DNA of 64,000 nucleotides from Candidatus Thorarchaeota archaeon. GTDB taxonomy: Archaea; Asgardarchaeota; Thorarchaeia; Thorarchaeales; Thorarchaeaceae. Shown here piece after piece: positions 42,243-52,635 of the stretch. The first letter of the stretch is position 1. Each line of letters begins with the position of its first letter. The notes beneath the pieces were generated by a model, which had not been told where the DNA came from, searched no databases, and was given only the letters and a program-made list of their open reading frames with translations. The stretch is taken from contig JAWOEX010000022.1 of assembly GCA_046482545.1 (NCBI GenBank), positions 1 to 64,000 on the forward strand, written 5' to 3'. The translations under genes were made by a program, and so were the position numbers.

Positions 42243-42797
42243 CTACTTCAGTTCAGTCCCAAGCCTATCAAAATCTGTTTCTATTAGTGTTTGGTACTTC
42301 GAAAAGCGCAAAGCAGCCGCAGGGTGATATGTCATGAAATATCGATAGTGAGTGCCATCGTAAAATGTACCATGAACATCAGAGACCCTCCTGTAACCAA
42401 TTAATGCAGAAATAGCAACCCCACCAAGTAAAACAACGATATCAGGATTAATCATATCTAGCTGTTTTTCAAGATATGGCAGACATGACTCAATTTCTTC
42501 ACTTTGTGGGGTTCGATTGCTCGGAGGTCGGCACTTCAACACAGAAGTTATGAAAACATCTTCTCGGCTGTAGGGAAGTCGGTTCTCTATAAGATTCGTC
42601 AACAATTCACCAGATCGACCAACAAATGGTCTTCCAGTTTCATCCTCTTTTCTTCCTGGAGCTTCACCTACGAATGCAACCCTCGTATTTATACTCCCCT
42701 CCCCGGGGACTGCCCTATTACGGATCCTGTGCAGAGGGCACTTTGAACATGTCCGTATCTTTTCATGTAATTGTGCAATCTTTTTCCTAGCAGTCAT
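42243..42797 (-). CDS. udg: Family 4 uracil-DNA glycosylase
   Basis: C..CPL, GEAPG..ED..G.PFVG.SG, KCRPP.NR.P, YHPAAALR. Confidence 0.95.
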   Translation of the reverse strand: MTARKKIAQLHEKIRTCSKCPLHRIRNRAVPGEGSINTRVAFVGEAPGRKEDETGRPFVGRSGELLTNLIENRLPYSREDVFITSVLKCRPPSNRTPQSEEIESCLPYLEKQLDMINPDIVVLLGGVAISALIGYRRVSDVHGTFYDGTHYRYFMTYHPAAALRFSKYQTLIETDFDRLGTELK

Positions 42798-43083
42798 TGT
42801 GTTTTTGTATCCGGTTAGAGTAGATAAACACATCACTCATACTAGATGAATACTCTCTGAAGAGCGTGCGGCATGGGTGCATCGATTTTTCTTTGCCGTT
42901 TGATGGGGTAGTATTGAGTTCAATGCGTTCTTTGAAGTGATTGTTGCGTCTCACTGGAGTCTGTTGCATCATGGTAATTTCATGTATTTCGTCTTTATCA
43001 TCTTGTTCTTCATAAAAGAATTCTATGATCGTGTCCCAATCACTGACGGCCGATAACTCGTCATTTGATATAGAACTCCACAC
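42787..43083 (-). CDS. Hypothetical protein (start uncertain)
   Basis: ORF filling the gap between pyrI and udg on the same strand; no recognised motif. Confidence 0.35.
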   Translation of the reverse strand: MWSSISNDELSAVSDWDTIIEFFYEEQDDKDEIHEITMMQQTPVRRNNHFKERIELNTTPSNGKEKSMHPCRTLFREYSSSMSDVFIYSNRIQKHNDC

Positions 43084-43181
43084 CGCAATCGGACTTCGAA
43101 CTTTGCGGAGGTAAAATGGTAAAAAGGGTGAAAAGAGTCGACTCGTAAGGGCATGATCCAGTACTGAGGATTAGCGAGCAC

Positions 43182-43703
43182 TCACCGGCGCTCGGTGAAC
43201 TGTGAGATGATATCGCTTTCTTCAATGAGAGCCCAACAATAAAGACATTTTAGCTGAGTAGGACACCGTGAGAGAACCTGATATTTTGGTTGAATGGGTT
43301 CTCGTTCTTTATTGGTAATGCAACGCGCATTCGGGCACTCTACTACATTGGTGATTTTATCAGGAAGCTCTACTCGTGTCTTCTTCACAACTTTTTCGTC
43401 CTCTATCACATTTATCGTTGCATCTGGTGCTACGAGCGCGATTTTTGCAACCTCATCATCATCAAGAATTCTATCTTCAAGTTTGACTATGTCCTTTCGT
43501 TCAATTCGCAAACTCCTGATGTTCATGGCTAGTGACATGATATTGTCTTCTTTGCCAGTAATACCGAGAATGCTAAGTACATCAAGTGCATGTCCTGCTG
43601 CAATGTGGTCTATGACAGTGCCGGCGGTGATTTTCACAATTCGTATTTTCTGGCTTCCTTTCTTAGGCACTGAGATTTCCTCTGTTGGCCCCTTCTGAAG
43701 CAC
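43182..43703 (-). CDS. pyrI: Aspartate carbamoyltransferase regulatory chain
   Basis: GTVIDHI, KDIVK, ATINVI, CPNARCIT..EP, CLYC. Confidence 0.95.
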   Translation of the reverse strand: MLQKGPTEEISVPKKGSQKIRIVKITAGTVIDHIAAGHALDVLSILGITGKEDNIMSLAMNIRSLRIERKDIVKLEDRILDDDEVAKIALVAPDATINVIEDEKVVKKTRVELPDKITNVVECPNARCITNKEREPIQPKYQVLSRCPTQLKCLYCWALIEESDIISQFTERR

Positions 43704-43817
43704 TATCTTTTAGTCTTTCCTTTACTTATTTTGGATCTACCAGTGTTGGGCCATTGATGCCATATAGGCGAAGCTTGATATTTGTATTTTCAGGAGGTCA
43801 AACAGAGGTAGCCTGTT

Positions 43818-45161
43818 TTGGTACTAGAAGGTCTGGGAAAGTCACTTAACTCTGCATTGAAAAAACTCTTTGGCGCAGGAGTAGTTGATAAAGCGTTAGT
43901 CAAGGAGCTGGTGAAAGACATCCAGCGCGCTTTGTTGACAGCAGATGTCGATGTCAACCTAGTGATGGCTATAACTAAGCGGGTTGAAGAACAGGCCTTG
44001 GACGAGGATCTTCCACGTGGTATCTCCCGACGTGAGCATATCGTACGAGTAGTCTGGGATACGCTTGCCCATTTCCTCGGTGAAAAACGAGTGCCCCTCA
44101 GAATCGAACCTGGACAGCCCAATCTCATTATGCTTGTAGGTATACAGGGATCAGGAAAAACAACAACAACTGCAAAACTGGCCAGATACTTCCAGAAGAG
44201 AGGTATCAAATCAGGTGTTGTATGTGCAGACAATTTCCGACCAGGTGCATATAATCAACTCAAGCAATTGGCCGAGCAATCAAACGTCCCGTTCTATGGA
44301 GATGAAGATGAGAATAGTGCGGTCAAGCTTGCCAAGCGGGGATATAAAGATATGAAAGAAACAGGAGTGGAACTCATCCTGCTGGATACCTCCGGAAGGC
44401 ATAGGGAAGAAGCAGGCCTCATTAAAGAGATGCAGAACATTTCAAAGGCGGTCAAGCCACGGGAAATCATACTTGTTATTGATGGCACCCTTGGACAGCA
44501 AGCAGGTTCGCAGGCTGCAGCATTTAATGAAGCAACTGATGTGGGTTCCATCATTGTTACAAAACTCGATGGCAGTGCAAAGGGAGGGGGTGCGCTTTCT
44601 GCTGCCGCTGCGACGGGTGCTCCGATTAAGTTCATTGGCACCGGTGAAGGCCTAGGTGCGCTTGAGCCCTTTCAGCCCACCAAATTCGTGGGTCGGCTTC
44701 TAGGTATGTCGGATATAAAGGGTCTTATCGAGAAGGTACGAGAAGCACAAATCGAAGTTGATGACGACGCTGCAATGCGAATGATGAAGGGACAGTTCTC
44801 CCTGAAAGATATGATGGCTCAATTGAAACAGCTGAAGAAAATGGGGCCGATAGACAAAGTTATGGAGATGCTAGGGCTCAAGTATAAAATCCCGGACAAT
44901 CTAGCTGAAATTCAGCAGGAGAACCTTCAGAAGTTTGAAGTAATCATGAATTCGATGACGAAGGAGGAACTAGACGCGCCAAATATTATCAAATCATCCA
45001 GAATTGAAAGAATAGCACAGGGCTCCGGTACTAGTAAAAGGGATGTTCGTGAACTCCTAAAGCAACATTCACAGATGCAGAAGATGATGAAGAAACTGAG
45101 TAAATCCCGACGAGGGAGAAGAGGGGGTATTCCGGGCATGGAAGGTTTACCCGGAATTTAA
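43818..45161 (+). CDS. srp54: Signal recognition particle protein Srp54
   Basis: GIQGSGKTTT, DTSGRH, TKLDGSAKGGGALS, Met-rich M domain, RIAQGSG. Confidence 0.97.
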   Translation: MVLEGLGKSLNSALKKLFGAGVVDKALVKELVKDIQRALLTADVDVNLVMAITKRVEEQALDEDLPRGISRREHIVRVVWDTLAHFLGEKRVPLRIEPGQPNLIMLVGIQGSGKTTTTAKLARYFQKRGIKSGVVCADNFRPGAYNQLKQLAEQSNVPFYGDEDENSAVKLAKRGYKDMKETGVELILLDTSGRHREEAGLIKEMQNISKAVKPREIILVIDGTLGQQAGSQAAAFNEATDVGSIIVTKLDGSAKGGGALSAAAATGAPIKFIGTGEGLGALEPFQPTKFVGRLLGMSDIKGLIEKVREAQIEVDDDAAMRMMKGQFSLKDMMAQLKQLKKMGPIDKVMEMLGLKYKIPDNLAEIQQENLQKFEVIMNSMTKEELDAPNIIKSSRIERIAQGSGTSKRDVRELLKQHSQMQKMMKKLSKSRRGRRGGIPGMEGLPGI

Positions 45162-45197
45162 CCAAAGCTGTATCATGCGGCAGTTTGATGTGATGAG

Positions 45198-45797
45198 ATG
45201 AAGCGGCGTTTCTTGATATCTTTCTCAGATTTGCCAGTATCGCGCTTAGACGTAAAAAAGGGCACTAATCAACCAAAGATGGTAACCGCTTGCCGATGTG
45301 TGAACATCGGTCTATTCCTCTCTCACGACATACGCAGAGATGTTGATGTGTTGCTTCTAATCGGCCCGAAACACGATTTAAGGGTGATAACATTTCCGGG
45401 CAAGACGTTGAGACGGGTTGCACCTGACGAACGGTCAATATCATTTTTCATATTCAAAGCACATAACGCGTTGCAGCAACTTGATACAGAATCCTCAGAG
45501 ACATTGGATAATGGTATAGTTGTGAGCAGAATTACACTGGACAAGATACGTAATGAGGACAATCAGAACAGGATGTACGTATCTAGGCACCCAGCAACCA
45601 GCCCTCTTTTTGAGGGAGCCCCACAGAAATATGCAGACTATCTTTATGAAACTAAAATGGGTTATTTTGGTCCATTTGACAAGTCAGTCCCACTGATTTC
45701 CAGACCATCACATCCGGAGCGTCTGATACTGGATGTGAATATGGACTGCGATAGAATGAATGATGACATTAAAAAATCAAACAGACATTCTGTTTGA
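45198..45797 (+). CDS. trmY: TrmY-like SPOUT tRNA (pseudouridine54-N1) methyltransferase, divergent C-terminus
   Basis: RRF, CRCVN..LFLSHDIRRDV, PDERS. Confidence 0.6.
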   Translation: MKRRFLISFSDLPVSRLDVKKGTNQPKMVTACRCVNIGLFLSHDIRRDVDVLLLIGPKHDLRVITFPGKTLRRVAPDERSISFFIFKAHNALQQLDTESSETLDNGIVVSRITLDKIRNEDNQNRMYVSRHPATSPLFEGAPQKYADYLYETKMGYFGPFDKSVPLISRPSHPERLILDVNMDCDRMNDDIKKSNRHSV

Positions 45798-45833
45798 TAG
45801 ATACAACTGGAATATGTGTGAGATGTGAGATGA

Positions 45834-47009
45834 GTGCCCACCAACGTATCGCCCAAGTTTGATGCTCAAAGAAAAGTTTACGAGCAAGAAAATAACTTAG
45901 AGCAGAAGATAAAGGAGCTAGAGAAGCTAATCTCTCTATTGCCTCGACACAAAGGCGCAGAGAATATGCGGGGCCATTACCGGAGAAAACTTGCTAGGCT
46001 AAAGGATGAACTGGAGAAAAAGAGAGAACAGGAGAAGCTTCGAAGAAGTGGAAAGGCAGAAGAAGGAGCAGTAAGAAAAGAGGGCGCAGGGCAAGTCTGT
46101 CTTCTTGGAATGGCGAATAGTGGCAAGTCTAGCATCATCAATGCAGTAACAAATGCGGATTTCGATGTGGCAGACTATCCCTTCACAACGCCTAAGCCCA
46201 CACCGGCAATGCTCGAACTGGAAGACATCAACATCCAGCTCGTTGAATTGCCAGGAGTGTTTGAAGGCAGCTATGAGTCTGATATGGGAAGGAAATCTCT
46301 AGCTGTAGCGAGGAATGCTGACTGTATTGCAATCATCATCGATTTATCTAGAGACGTTTCTACACAGATGGAAATAATCAAACATGAGTTAGACCGCGCA
46401 GGAATACGCTTGAACCGAGAGCCTAGTGCTGTTAGAGTTGAGCGTGTAGGAATGGGAGGGCTACAAGTCTATGGGGCAGACAAGTTCAAAGGATCTAAGA
46501 AGGAAGTGTATCAGTTCCTCCAGAAGAGAAAAGTTCGTAACATGATAGTACGGTTTCAGAAAGAAGCAACCTTGCAAGACTTGGAGGATGCACTTGATGC
46601 GAGCGTTGCCTATGTTCGTGCACTCATAATTGCAACCAAGGGGGACACGACAGGCTCCGAAAAGCGATTTGAAGAGGTTCAAGAGGAGTATTCTGAGAGG
46701 TTTGAGATAGTTCCGATATCCGTAGTCGAAGAGAAGAATATAGAAGAAATGAACTGGGCATTTTACGACCACCTAGACATCCTGCGCGTGTACACAAAAA
46801 TTCCAGGGAAGGATCGAGAAGATAAACCGATTGTTCTTCCAAAGGGGTCGATTGTAGAGGACGCAGCAGTAAAGGTGCATAAGGAGTTATTCGTGGAAAG
46901 ATTTCGTGCTGCAGTCATTATTCGAAATGATGCAAAAGTTCAACGACGGCAGGTTGGTTTGAAATACCCCCTGAACGACGGCGACATACTGCAGTTGATG
47001 CATTCATGA
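45834..47009 (+). CDS. DRG/OBG-family GTPase with TGS domain
   Basis: PRHKG.E, GMANSGKSS, YPFTT, QLVELPG, RVYTK, TGS domain. Confidence 0.9.
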   Translation: MPTNVSPKFDAQRKVYEQENNLEQKIKELEKLISLLPRHKGAENMRGHYRRKLARLKDELEKKREQEKLRRSGKAEEGAVRKEGAGQVCLLGMANSGKSSIINAVTNADFDVADYPFTTPKPTPAMLELEDINIQLVELPGVFEGSYESDMGRKSLAVARNADCIAIIIDLSRDVSTQMEIIKHELDRAGIRLNREPSAVRVERVGMGGLQVYGADKFKGSKKEVYQFLQKRKVRNMIVRFQKEATLQDLEDALDASVAYVRALIIATKGDTTGSEKRFEEVQEEYSERFEIVPISVVEEKNIEEMNWAFYDHLDILRVYTKIPGKDREDKPIVLPKGSIVEDAAVKVHKELFVERFRAAVIIRNDAKVQRRQVGLKYPLNDGDILQLMHS

Positions 47010-47019
47010 TTAGGAGGAT

Positions 47020-47763
47020 ATGGTCATCGTGAGTGAGTTTCCCAATCTCATTGTTGTGCTTGTTGAGCCGGAGACTCCCGGCAACGTGGGTTTCACCTCC
47101 AGAGTGCTTGCGAATTTCGGTGTTTCTAAACTTAGGATAGTAGGTGTTGACCCTCGATATGATGAAGAAGCGCAGATATTTGCCGTTCACGCAAACGATA
47201 TTTTACAATCAGCAGAAATCTACAAGACTCTAGATGAAGCACTAGAAGACGTTCATGCAGCTTGGGCAGCAACTGCAAGAATTGGAAAAAACCATAATGT
47301 TACCCGGGCTGCTGTTCCGCTCCCTAATATACCGAATCCGAAAACTTTCGATGCAAATGCGGCTCTGGTATTTGGCCGCGAAAGCAACGGTTTGACGAAT
47401 GATGAGATTTCTCTTTGTGACTTGATATTTACGATTCCAGCCTCAGATGAATACAACAGTCTCAATTTGAGTCACGCTGTAGCAGTAACTCTGTATCATG
47501 TTTTCAGCAATTACGCTGAAGAGGAACCACCAAAACCTACTGACGCAACACCAGCTACCAGACAGCAACGAGAGATTGTCAATGAATTCTTTGAAAGAGC
47601 AATCGATTGTTTAGATATGCACGATTATCGCCGGCCGATAGCAAAACAGGTCTTTCGCAATCTCTTGGGTCGCGCATATATGACGGGGCGTGAAGTAGCA
47701 ACGATGACTGGGGTAGTCCGAAAATTTATGGAGTTGGCCTGTAAAAAGAGCGGAGATTCCTAA
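47020..47763 (+). CDS. trmJ: TrmJ/LasT-family SPOUT RNA methyltransferase
   Basis: VLVEP..PGNVG..SR...NFG, LVFGRESNGL, IPAS..Y.SLNLSHAV. Confidence 0.9.
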   Translation: MVIVSEFPNLIVVLVEPETPGNVGFTSRVLANFGVSKLRIVGVDPRYDEEAQIFAVHANDILQSAEIYKTLDEALEDVHAAWAATARIGKNHNVTRAAVPLPNIPNPKTFDANAALVFGRESNGLTNDEISLCDLIFTIPASDEYNSLNLSHAVAVTLYHVFSNYAEEEPPKPTDATPATRQQREIVNEFFERAIDCLDMHDYRRPIAKQVFRNLLGRAYMTGREVATMTGVVRKFMELACKKSGDS

Positions 47764-48302
47764 TACTTGCCATATCCAAGTTTTCGGCGCAATTCAGGGT
47801 CAATCTCATCAAATTCAATCCTACACGGAGTTGGGAGCTTATATGACGCCTTCTTGAGGGCTTTCCGTGCCTGTTTTAAACTCTCTCTATCACATCGAAC
47901 AGTGAGGATCGCCTGATGTTTATCCACTCTTGCAGCTCTTCCAATGACCTTTCCAAATGCTTTTCGCATACCATCTTGAACACGGTCAGCACCAGCACCT
48001 GAAATCATCTTGTTTTCTCTTAAGAAATGGAAGGGTTTGACTCGCACCCGCAAATGATATTTCGGGCGAGTAACGTTGCGAAGAAGCCACCTATTAGCGG
48101 CAACACGAGCTGCCTCTAGTGAATGATGTCGTATCTGGCATTTCTCAAGGCCTACCAATGATATCTGAATCTCAAAGTCTCCCTTTGTATTCCCCATGTC
48201 AAAGCTGGTTATCCTCATGGGTGGCTGTCGATGTATGTATTTCTTACGAACAAAGGCGGGACGGTCTTGAAGTCTGTAACAATGTCCTGGTCGTCTTCCC
48301 AT
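47760..48302 (-). CDS. rpl10e: 50S ribosomal protein L10e/uL16
   Basis: MGRRP..CYR, LEAARV, RENKM.SGAGADR...GMR.AFGK. Confidence 0.97.
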   Translation of the reverse strand: MGRRPGHCYRLQDRPAFVRKKYIHRQPPMRITSFDMGNTKGDFEIQISLVGLEKCQIRHHSLEAARVAANRWLLRNVTRPKYHLRVRVKPFHFLRENKMISGAGADRVQDGMRKAFGKVIGRAARVDKHQAILTVRCDRESLKQARKALKKASYKLPTPCRIEFDEIDPELRRKLGYGKY

Positions 48303-48444
48303 TCTGCTTCACCTAGCTATTTGGTCTAAGGCCTTGTACAGCCATTGATAGCCGCACACTTTCTGAAATCAATAAAAGGGTTGCGGCATGTAGAAATGTA
48401 ACATGTTCCAATTCACCTTTTCTAAGAGGGGACTAAGTCAGTGC

Positions 48445-49362
48445 TCAGTTCAGAAGACCAGCTGCCATAAAGGGAAAGACAATAGTTGCATCCCCAATTA
48501 CCGTTTCGAAAGCACCCGATTCCTGTACCTTTTTCCAAGACACACCTTCTCTAAGTGGTGCCCCTCCAAGACTCCCTCCCTCTGGGCGATCCAACGTTAT
48601 CTGTATTGCAAGGTCAAGTCCACCCCTGAGAATAGTGCTGCCCATTGTGAAGTGCTTTGTCAGGCCCCCACCTAGAATCACTGCACCTGTCCGGTTTGCA
48701 GAATTCACAATTTCACCCAAAATGCGCATATCTTTAACAAAATCTAACGAGCATTTCTTTGTCGTGCTATATGTGTACATATGGAATCCAAGCATGGAAT
48801 CAATCAAACCTGGTGAAAAGATGGGGATATCTCGCTTTGCCGCTTGTCGGATAATTGAATCTTCATCAGTCAAAGAAATTCCGAGATCATGAAGAAACAT
48901 ACTTGGAGACATATTCGTTCTTTGCTTCTCAGAAAGGGCATCAAGAAAGTCATAGATTTTTCCTTCAAAAACTTTGAAAGCTTCATCACTGACTGTTATA
49001 TCTGCAATGCGTCCTAATCCACCTTTTCTTAACTCGCTATCACTCTTGCCACTGGGAACTCGATAGTGTGAACCACCATACGCCTCAACCAAGTCATGAA
49101 CAATGTTAGCTCCACTGGTGACTATAGCATCAATCAAGCCTGCCTCAACGAGACGCGTAATGACCAATCTAAGCCCACCAGGAACCATTGGTCCAGACAT
49201 TGCTAGGAAAGTGAAGCACTGCAAATCATTGACCATCTTTTCCAAGATTGCCATGGCACGTCCCAATCTGCCAGCGCCAAGGACTCCAATGTTTCGCATA
49301 GAGTGAATGATTTCCTTTGCTGAGGATACTTCACAAGGATCAATATGATGTACTTTGTCCAT
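48445..49362 (-). CDS. dys: Deoxyhypusine synthase (start about 49362-49371; upstream part of the ORF-track call is probably not coding)
   Basis: SGPMVPGGLR, TSGANIVHD, DSMLG, LGGGLTKHF, GSLGGA..REGVSWKK, GDATI. Confidence 0.9.
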   Translation of the reverse strand: MDKVHHIDPCEVSSAKEIIHSMRNIGVLGAGRLGRAMAILEKMVNDLQCFTFLAMSGPMVPGGLRLVITRLVEAGLIDAIVTSGANIVHDLVEAYGGSHYRVPSGKSDSELRKGGLGRIADITVSDEAFKVFEGKIYDFLDALSEKQRTNMSPSMFLHDLGISLTDEDSIIRQAAKRDIPIFSPGLIDSMLGFHMYTYSTTKKCSLDFVKDMRILGEIVNSANRTGAVILGGGLTKHFTMGSTILRGGLDLAIQITLDRPEGGSLGGAPLREGVSWKKVQESGAFETVIGDATIVFPFMAAGLLN

Positions 49363-49625
49363 CTGGCTCACCAAGTGGCAGAGCACATATGAAAGTGATA
49401 AGCATATTGAAGAAAGAATAACGCGGGTCCAGACCAATTCCGGGAGGGCAGGGCCCAGACACGCGCATCTGCACGAAGCAAATAATTCTATACTTATTAT
49501 GTGATTCAGTCTTTTGCCCATGGCTTTTCTTCTCAAGTGAACTATTGTGTTGTGGAGAGAGATAACTGAAAGTATTGAGTGCACCACTCAACAAGTTTAA
49601 GCGTAGTCGCTATTTACCGTACATT

Positions 49626-50276
49626 ATGCAAATAACGCTACCCGCGGAGCTGCTCACGTACTTAATCATTGGTGCAGTATTACTCATTCAGTTTGTGTGG
49701 ATGTGGCTTATTCGGAAAGGTCGTGATTTTTACCTAAGAGACATAGCACATCTAAGGAGGGCATCTGGAACGCTGTCCAAGTACTATCATTGGCGAATTT
49801 CAGGGGTGAGAAACGCTATAGGAGACGGCGTCATATTTGAGTTCGTGCTCATTGTGGCGATAGTGGGCATATCCTACCTAATATCTACCATCTCTGCCCT
49901 CCTCCAGATATTGCCAATCCTATTGATGGTAGTGGGTTTGTCTCTTATCAGCGTCGTACAAGGAATTAGGCGTGTCAGAAGTCTCAATCAGAAAGAGGAA
50001 AGCGTACTGGAGCAGTTAGAAGAAGCAGAATACAAGGTTGAGGAAGCTCGAGATATCGTTGATAGATTGGCACAGACTGATGCAGAAAGCAGTGGCGAAA
50101 TGTGGTTTGTACTATTCAAGCTCGCAACAAGACAGGATTTCATAGGAGTTTCTGTCAGAGAGGTATTGCAGGAGAGGGCCAAATATCTATCTGAGAAAGT
50201 CAAGAAGGCTCAAGTTGATTTGCCATTGGGAACGGAATCTAAAGAGGATACAGGGCCTTCAATTGAATTCGATTAG
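49626..50276 (+). CDS. Hypothetical membrane protein
   Basis: Three hydrophobic segments followed by a charged helical tail. Confidence 0.7.
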   Translation: MQITLPAELLTYLIIGAVLLIQFVWMWLIRKGRDFYLRDIAHLRRASGTLSKYYHWRISGVRNAIGDGVIFEFVLIVAIVGISYLISTISALLQILPILLMVVGLSLISVVQGIRRVRSLNQKEESVLEQLEEAEYKVEEARDIVDRLAQTDAESSGEMWFVLFKLATRQDFIGVSVREVLQERAKYLSEKVKKAQVDLPLGTESKEDTGPSIEFD

Positions 50277-50278
50277 AC

Positions 50279-50436
50279 TTGCTGATTATTCAGGTGCTGT
50301 GTGAAAAGTCTTTAGCGATGAATGTGACTGATCGCAAAACAGGGAAATGAAGTTAGAAATCAGGCATCTTGTAATTTGATTGCTCCGTTTCCTTACTTCC
50401 TTGTTGACTTCTCACACAGAGCCGATTATTCAGCAA
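50279..50436 (+). ncRNA. Candidate structured RNA or MITE-like element with long terminal inverted repeat
   Basis: 50279-50310 is complementary to 50406-50436; two internal hairpins. Confidence 0.45.
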
Positions 50437-50491
50437 ATCTTATATGAAATATTTAGAGGGGGAACGAGAACGCCCCAAAGGAGAAAGTCTA

Positions 50492-50776
50492 ATGTCCGAT
50501 AATAAAGTGCTAAAGGGTCGAAAAGGTGTTGTAACTAGCTACAGAAGAGGCAAGCATAAGCAACATACTAACCAAGTCCTCCTGAAGTTCAAGGAAATAG
50601 ATTCTAAATCTGCAGCCTCGGCTCTTATTGGTCGCGGAGTGCAATGGATTTCCCCAAAAGATAAAGAAATCCTAGGCAAAGTTGTAGGAGTACATGGAAA
50701 CAATGGTGTGGTCCGTGCGAAATTTAGAAGAAACCTTCCCGGACAAGCAATAGGGACGGGCGTTCAGCTGAGATAG
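50492..50776 (+). CDS. rpl35ae: 50S ribosomal protein L35Ae
   Basis: SYRRG...Q, GKV...HG.NGVVRAKF..NLP.QA.G. Confidence 0.95.
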   Translation: MSDNKVLKGRKGVVTSYRRGKHKQHTNQVLLKFKEIDSKSAASALIGRGVQWISPKDKEILGKVVGVHGNNGVVRAKFRRNLPGQAIGTGVQLR

Positions 50777-50947
50777 TTGTATCAGTATATTTTTGATTGA
50801 TGAATGGATACTGATTATTGACTCCGATGACGATTATGGCTAGCTGAGGGTTTGATTACCCAATGATGTCTCATAGTTAAGCCGAGGAGTCACCATTATG
50901 AGTAAATACACTAAGTACAACAGCAACACTTTGCCAGCAGTCATACA

Positions 50948-51526
50948 ATGCTACAGATGGAGAGAATTCCGGTGACTGTGCGGGCTTTGGTCTTTCTTGC
51001 TTACTTTGTAGCAGGACTGACACTGAAAATGGGAGATGATTTCCTAGATGATTTGAAAAAGCCCAATTACGCTTGGTTTCCATTCATTATCTCTGGTGTA
51101 TTGTTCGGTTTTCTCATGACAGAATCAGAATGGGCTTTGCTTCTCTTTTCAGCAATCATAATCGGAGTTCTCATGTCAGGAAAAGTAAACAAACCTCAGT
51201 TTGGCATTGGTTTCATCACGATAGGGCTTGTGCTTTTGATACGGGGGCCCCCGGTCATCACATATTGGGGAGAATGGTTGCTGATTCTGGGAATTCTGTT
51301 AGCGGCATCAATTGTTGATGAGCGAGGAAACGATTGGGCCGATAAATCTGAATTCGTTTCTGCATCCGCGTTTTTCAAGTATCGGTTCACATTGAAGCTG
51401 TCTGTTTTAGTAGTGGCGGTATTTTGGCCTGAATTCTGGAGAACTACTGTAGGCCTATGGTTATTTGACACAGGTTACGAAGCAGCAGGAGTCATGGCCA
51501 GAAAATATTTTCAAGGAAGTGACTGA
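50948..51526 (+). CDS. Hypothetical membrane protein
   Basis: Multiple TM segments; K.GDD..D and DE.GND motifs. Confidence 0.7.
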   Translation: MLQMERIPVTVRALVFLAYFVAGLTLKMGDDFLDDLKKPNYAWFPFIISGVLFGFLMTESEWALLLFSAIIIGVLMSGKVNKPQFGIGFITIGLVLLIRGPPVITYWGEWLLILGILLAASIVDERGNDWADKSEFVSASAFFKYRFTLKLSVLVVAVFWPEFWRTTVGLWLFDTGYEAAGVMARKYFQGSD

Positions 51527-52575
51527 TGTGCAAGACTACAACAGACATCTAGGAAAACGGGATGTAACCCCTTCTCCTTGGCGAAATCAACCCCCTCTTG
51601 ACTCGGTAAAGAAAGGCCATTGACGCCCGCGCGAATAGCCAATCTGTCGGTCTGTATTTTGTGAGTTCCAAGAGGCCTAGCGCAACCTAGCAAGAGAGGG
51701 GTTTGTTTCAAACCAAGCCTAGCTACAGTAAGCAGTTTACCAACAACTTCGGGAGCAGGGGGAGTTACATTTTCCATTGGAGTGTCCCTGATCGGAGTGA
51801 GAATAATGATCACCAGAGCTGCAGGTGAGAAATCTGCAACCATATCTATAGCCTTTAGTTCGCCCCCAAGTTGGCCATAGTTTAAGCCTACAAGAATATG
51901 TGGAGTTGTTGGAATCTCTAGCTCGGTTAGCAATCTCAGTGATTTTCTCATCCGGTGTTTGCCATCTTCGAGATGATAGATTCGCTTCGCTACATCCAAG
52001 GAGCCGATGATATCGAGCATTGCTGCATCAACATTTGCCCTCTTAAGCATCAGAGCAGTCTCTTCGGTTACAAGGCCAGTATGAACCACAACCTTAAGGC
52101 CTAACTCCTTGGCATAGGCGATTGCCTCACCAAATTGGTTAAGCGGAACATATCCCGAAGAATCTGACCCTCCACTAATCAGTACACCCTCCCCTCCGCG
52201 CTCACTAATCTTCTGGCATTCACTCATGAGATCCTCAGGAGTGACCGCGGGGTCCATGCCTTTCAGCAATCTTCCTTTACAATGCTCACACATCAAGGAG
52301 CATGACAAACCTGTTATACTGAGTGACCGAAAGTTATATCGATTTGCTTGTTGATGACTGTTTATCCGGTAAGGATATGCAGTGGGGCTATAACAGAGGA
52401 GTTCATTGCCGAAGTAATCCACTCTTGATTGAAAAGCCTCTTCCATAAACGGTACAGTGGCCTCAAAGGGCGATTCAAGAATTTTTCGTCCATCTTGGAG
52501 TATCTTAAAGGTCAAGTCGCTAGCCGAATACCCATAGTCTACACGGACTATTAGCATTTTGATACCAGACAACAA
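51511..52575 (-). CDS. Radical SAM protein (biotin-synthase-like archaeal family); start uncertain
   Basis: SITG..CSLMCEHC, LISGG, HTGL, PHI.VGL, LGCARP, C-terminal CCS. Confidence 0.88.
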   Translation of the reverse strand: MLSGIKMLIVRVDYGYSASDLTFKILQDGRKILESPFEATVPFMEEAFQSRVDYFGNELLCYSPTAYPYRINSHQQANRYNFRSLSITGLSCSLMCEHCKGRLLKGMDPAVTPEDLMSECQKISERGGEGVLISGGSDSSGYVPLNQFGEAIAYAKELGLKVVVHTGLVTEETALMLKRANVDAAMLDIIGSLDVAKRIYHLEDGKHRMRKSLRLLTELEIPTTPHILVGLNYGQLGGELKAIDMVADFSPAALVIIILTPIRDTPMENVTPPAPEVVGKLLTVARLGLKQTPLLLGCARPLGTHKIQTDRLAIRAGVNGLSLPSQEGVDFAKEKGLHPVFLDVCCSLAHQSLP

Positions 52576-52635
52576 GTTACAAGTATATCTTCTTCATGGA
52601 ATCAACAAGAGGCTTATGACCGTATCTACGATTGG

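Noticed and set aside
49363-49587. N-terminal extension of deoxyhypusine synthase, and similar extensions of hef, fen, rpl35ae, DUF424 and roadblock 24916
   Set aside because: These are longest-ORF artefacts; family homology and SD positions point to downstream starts.
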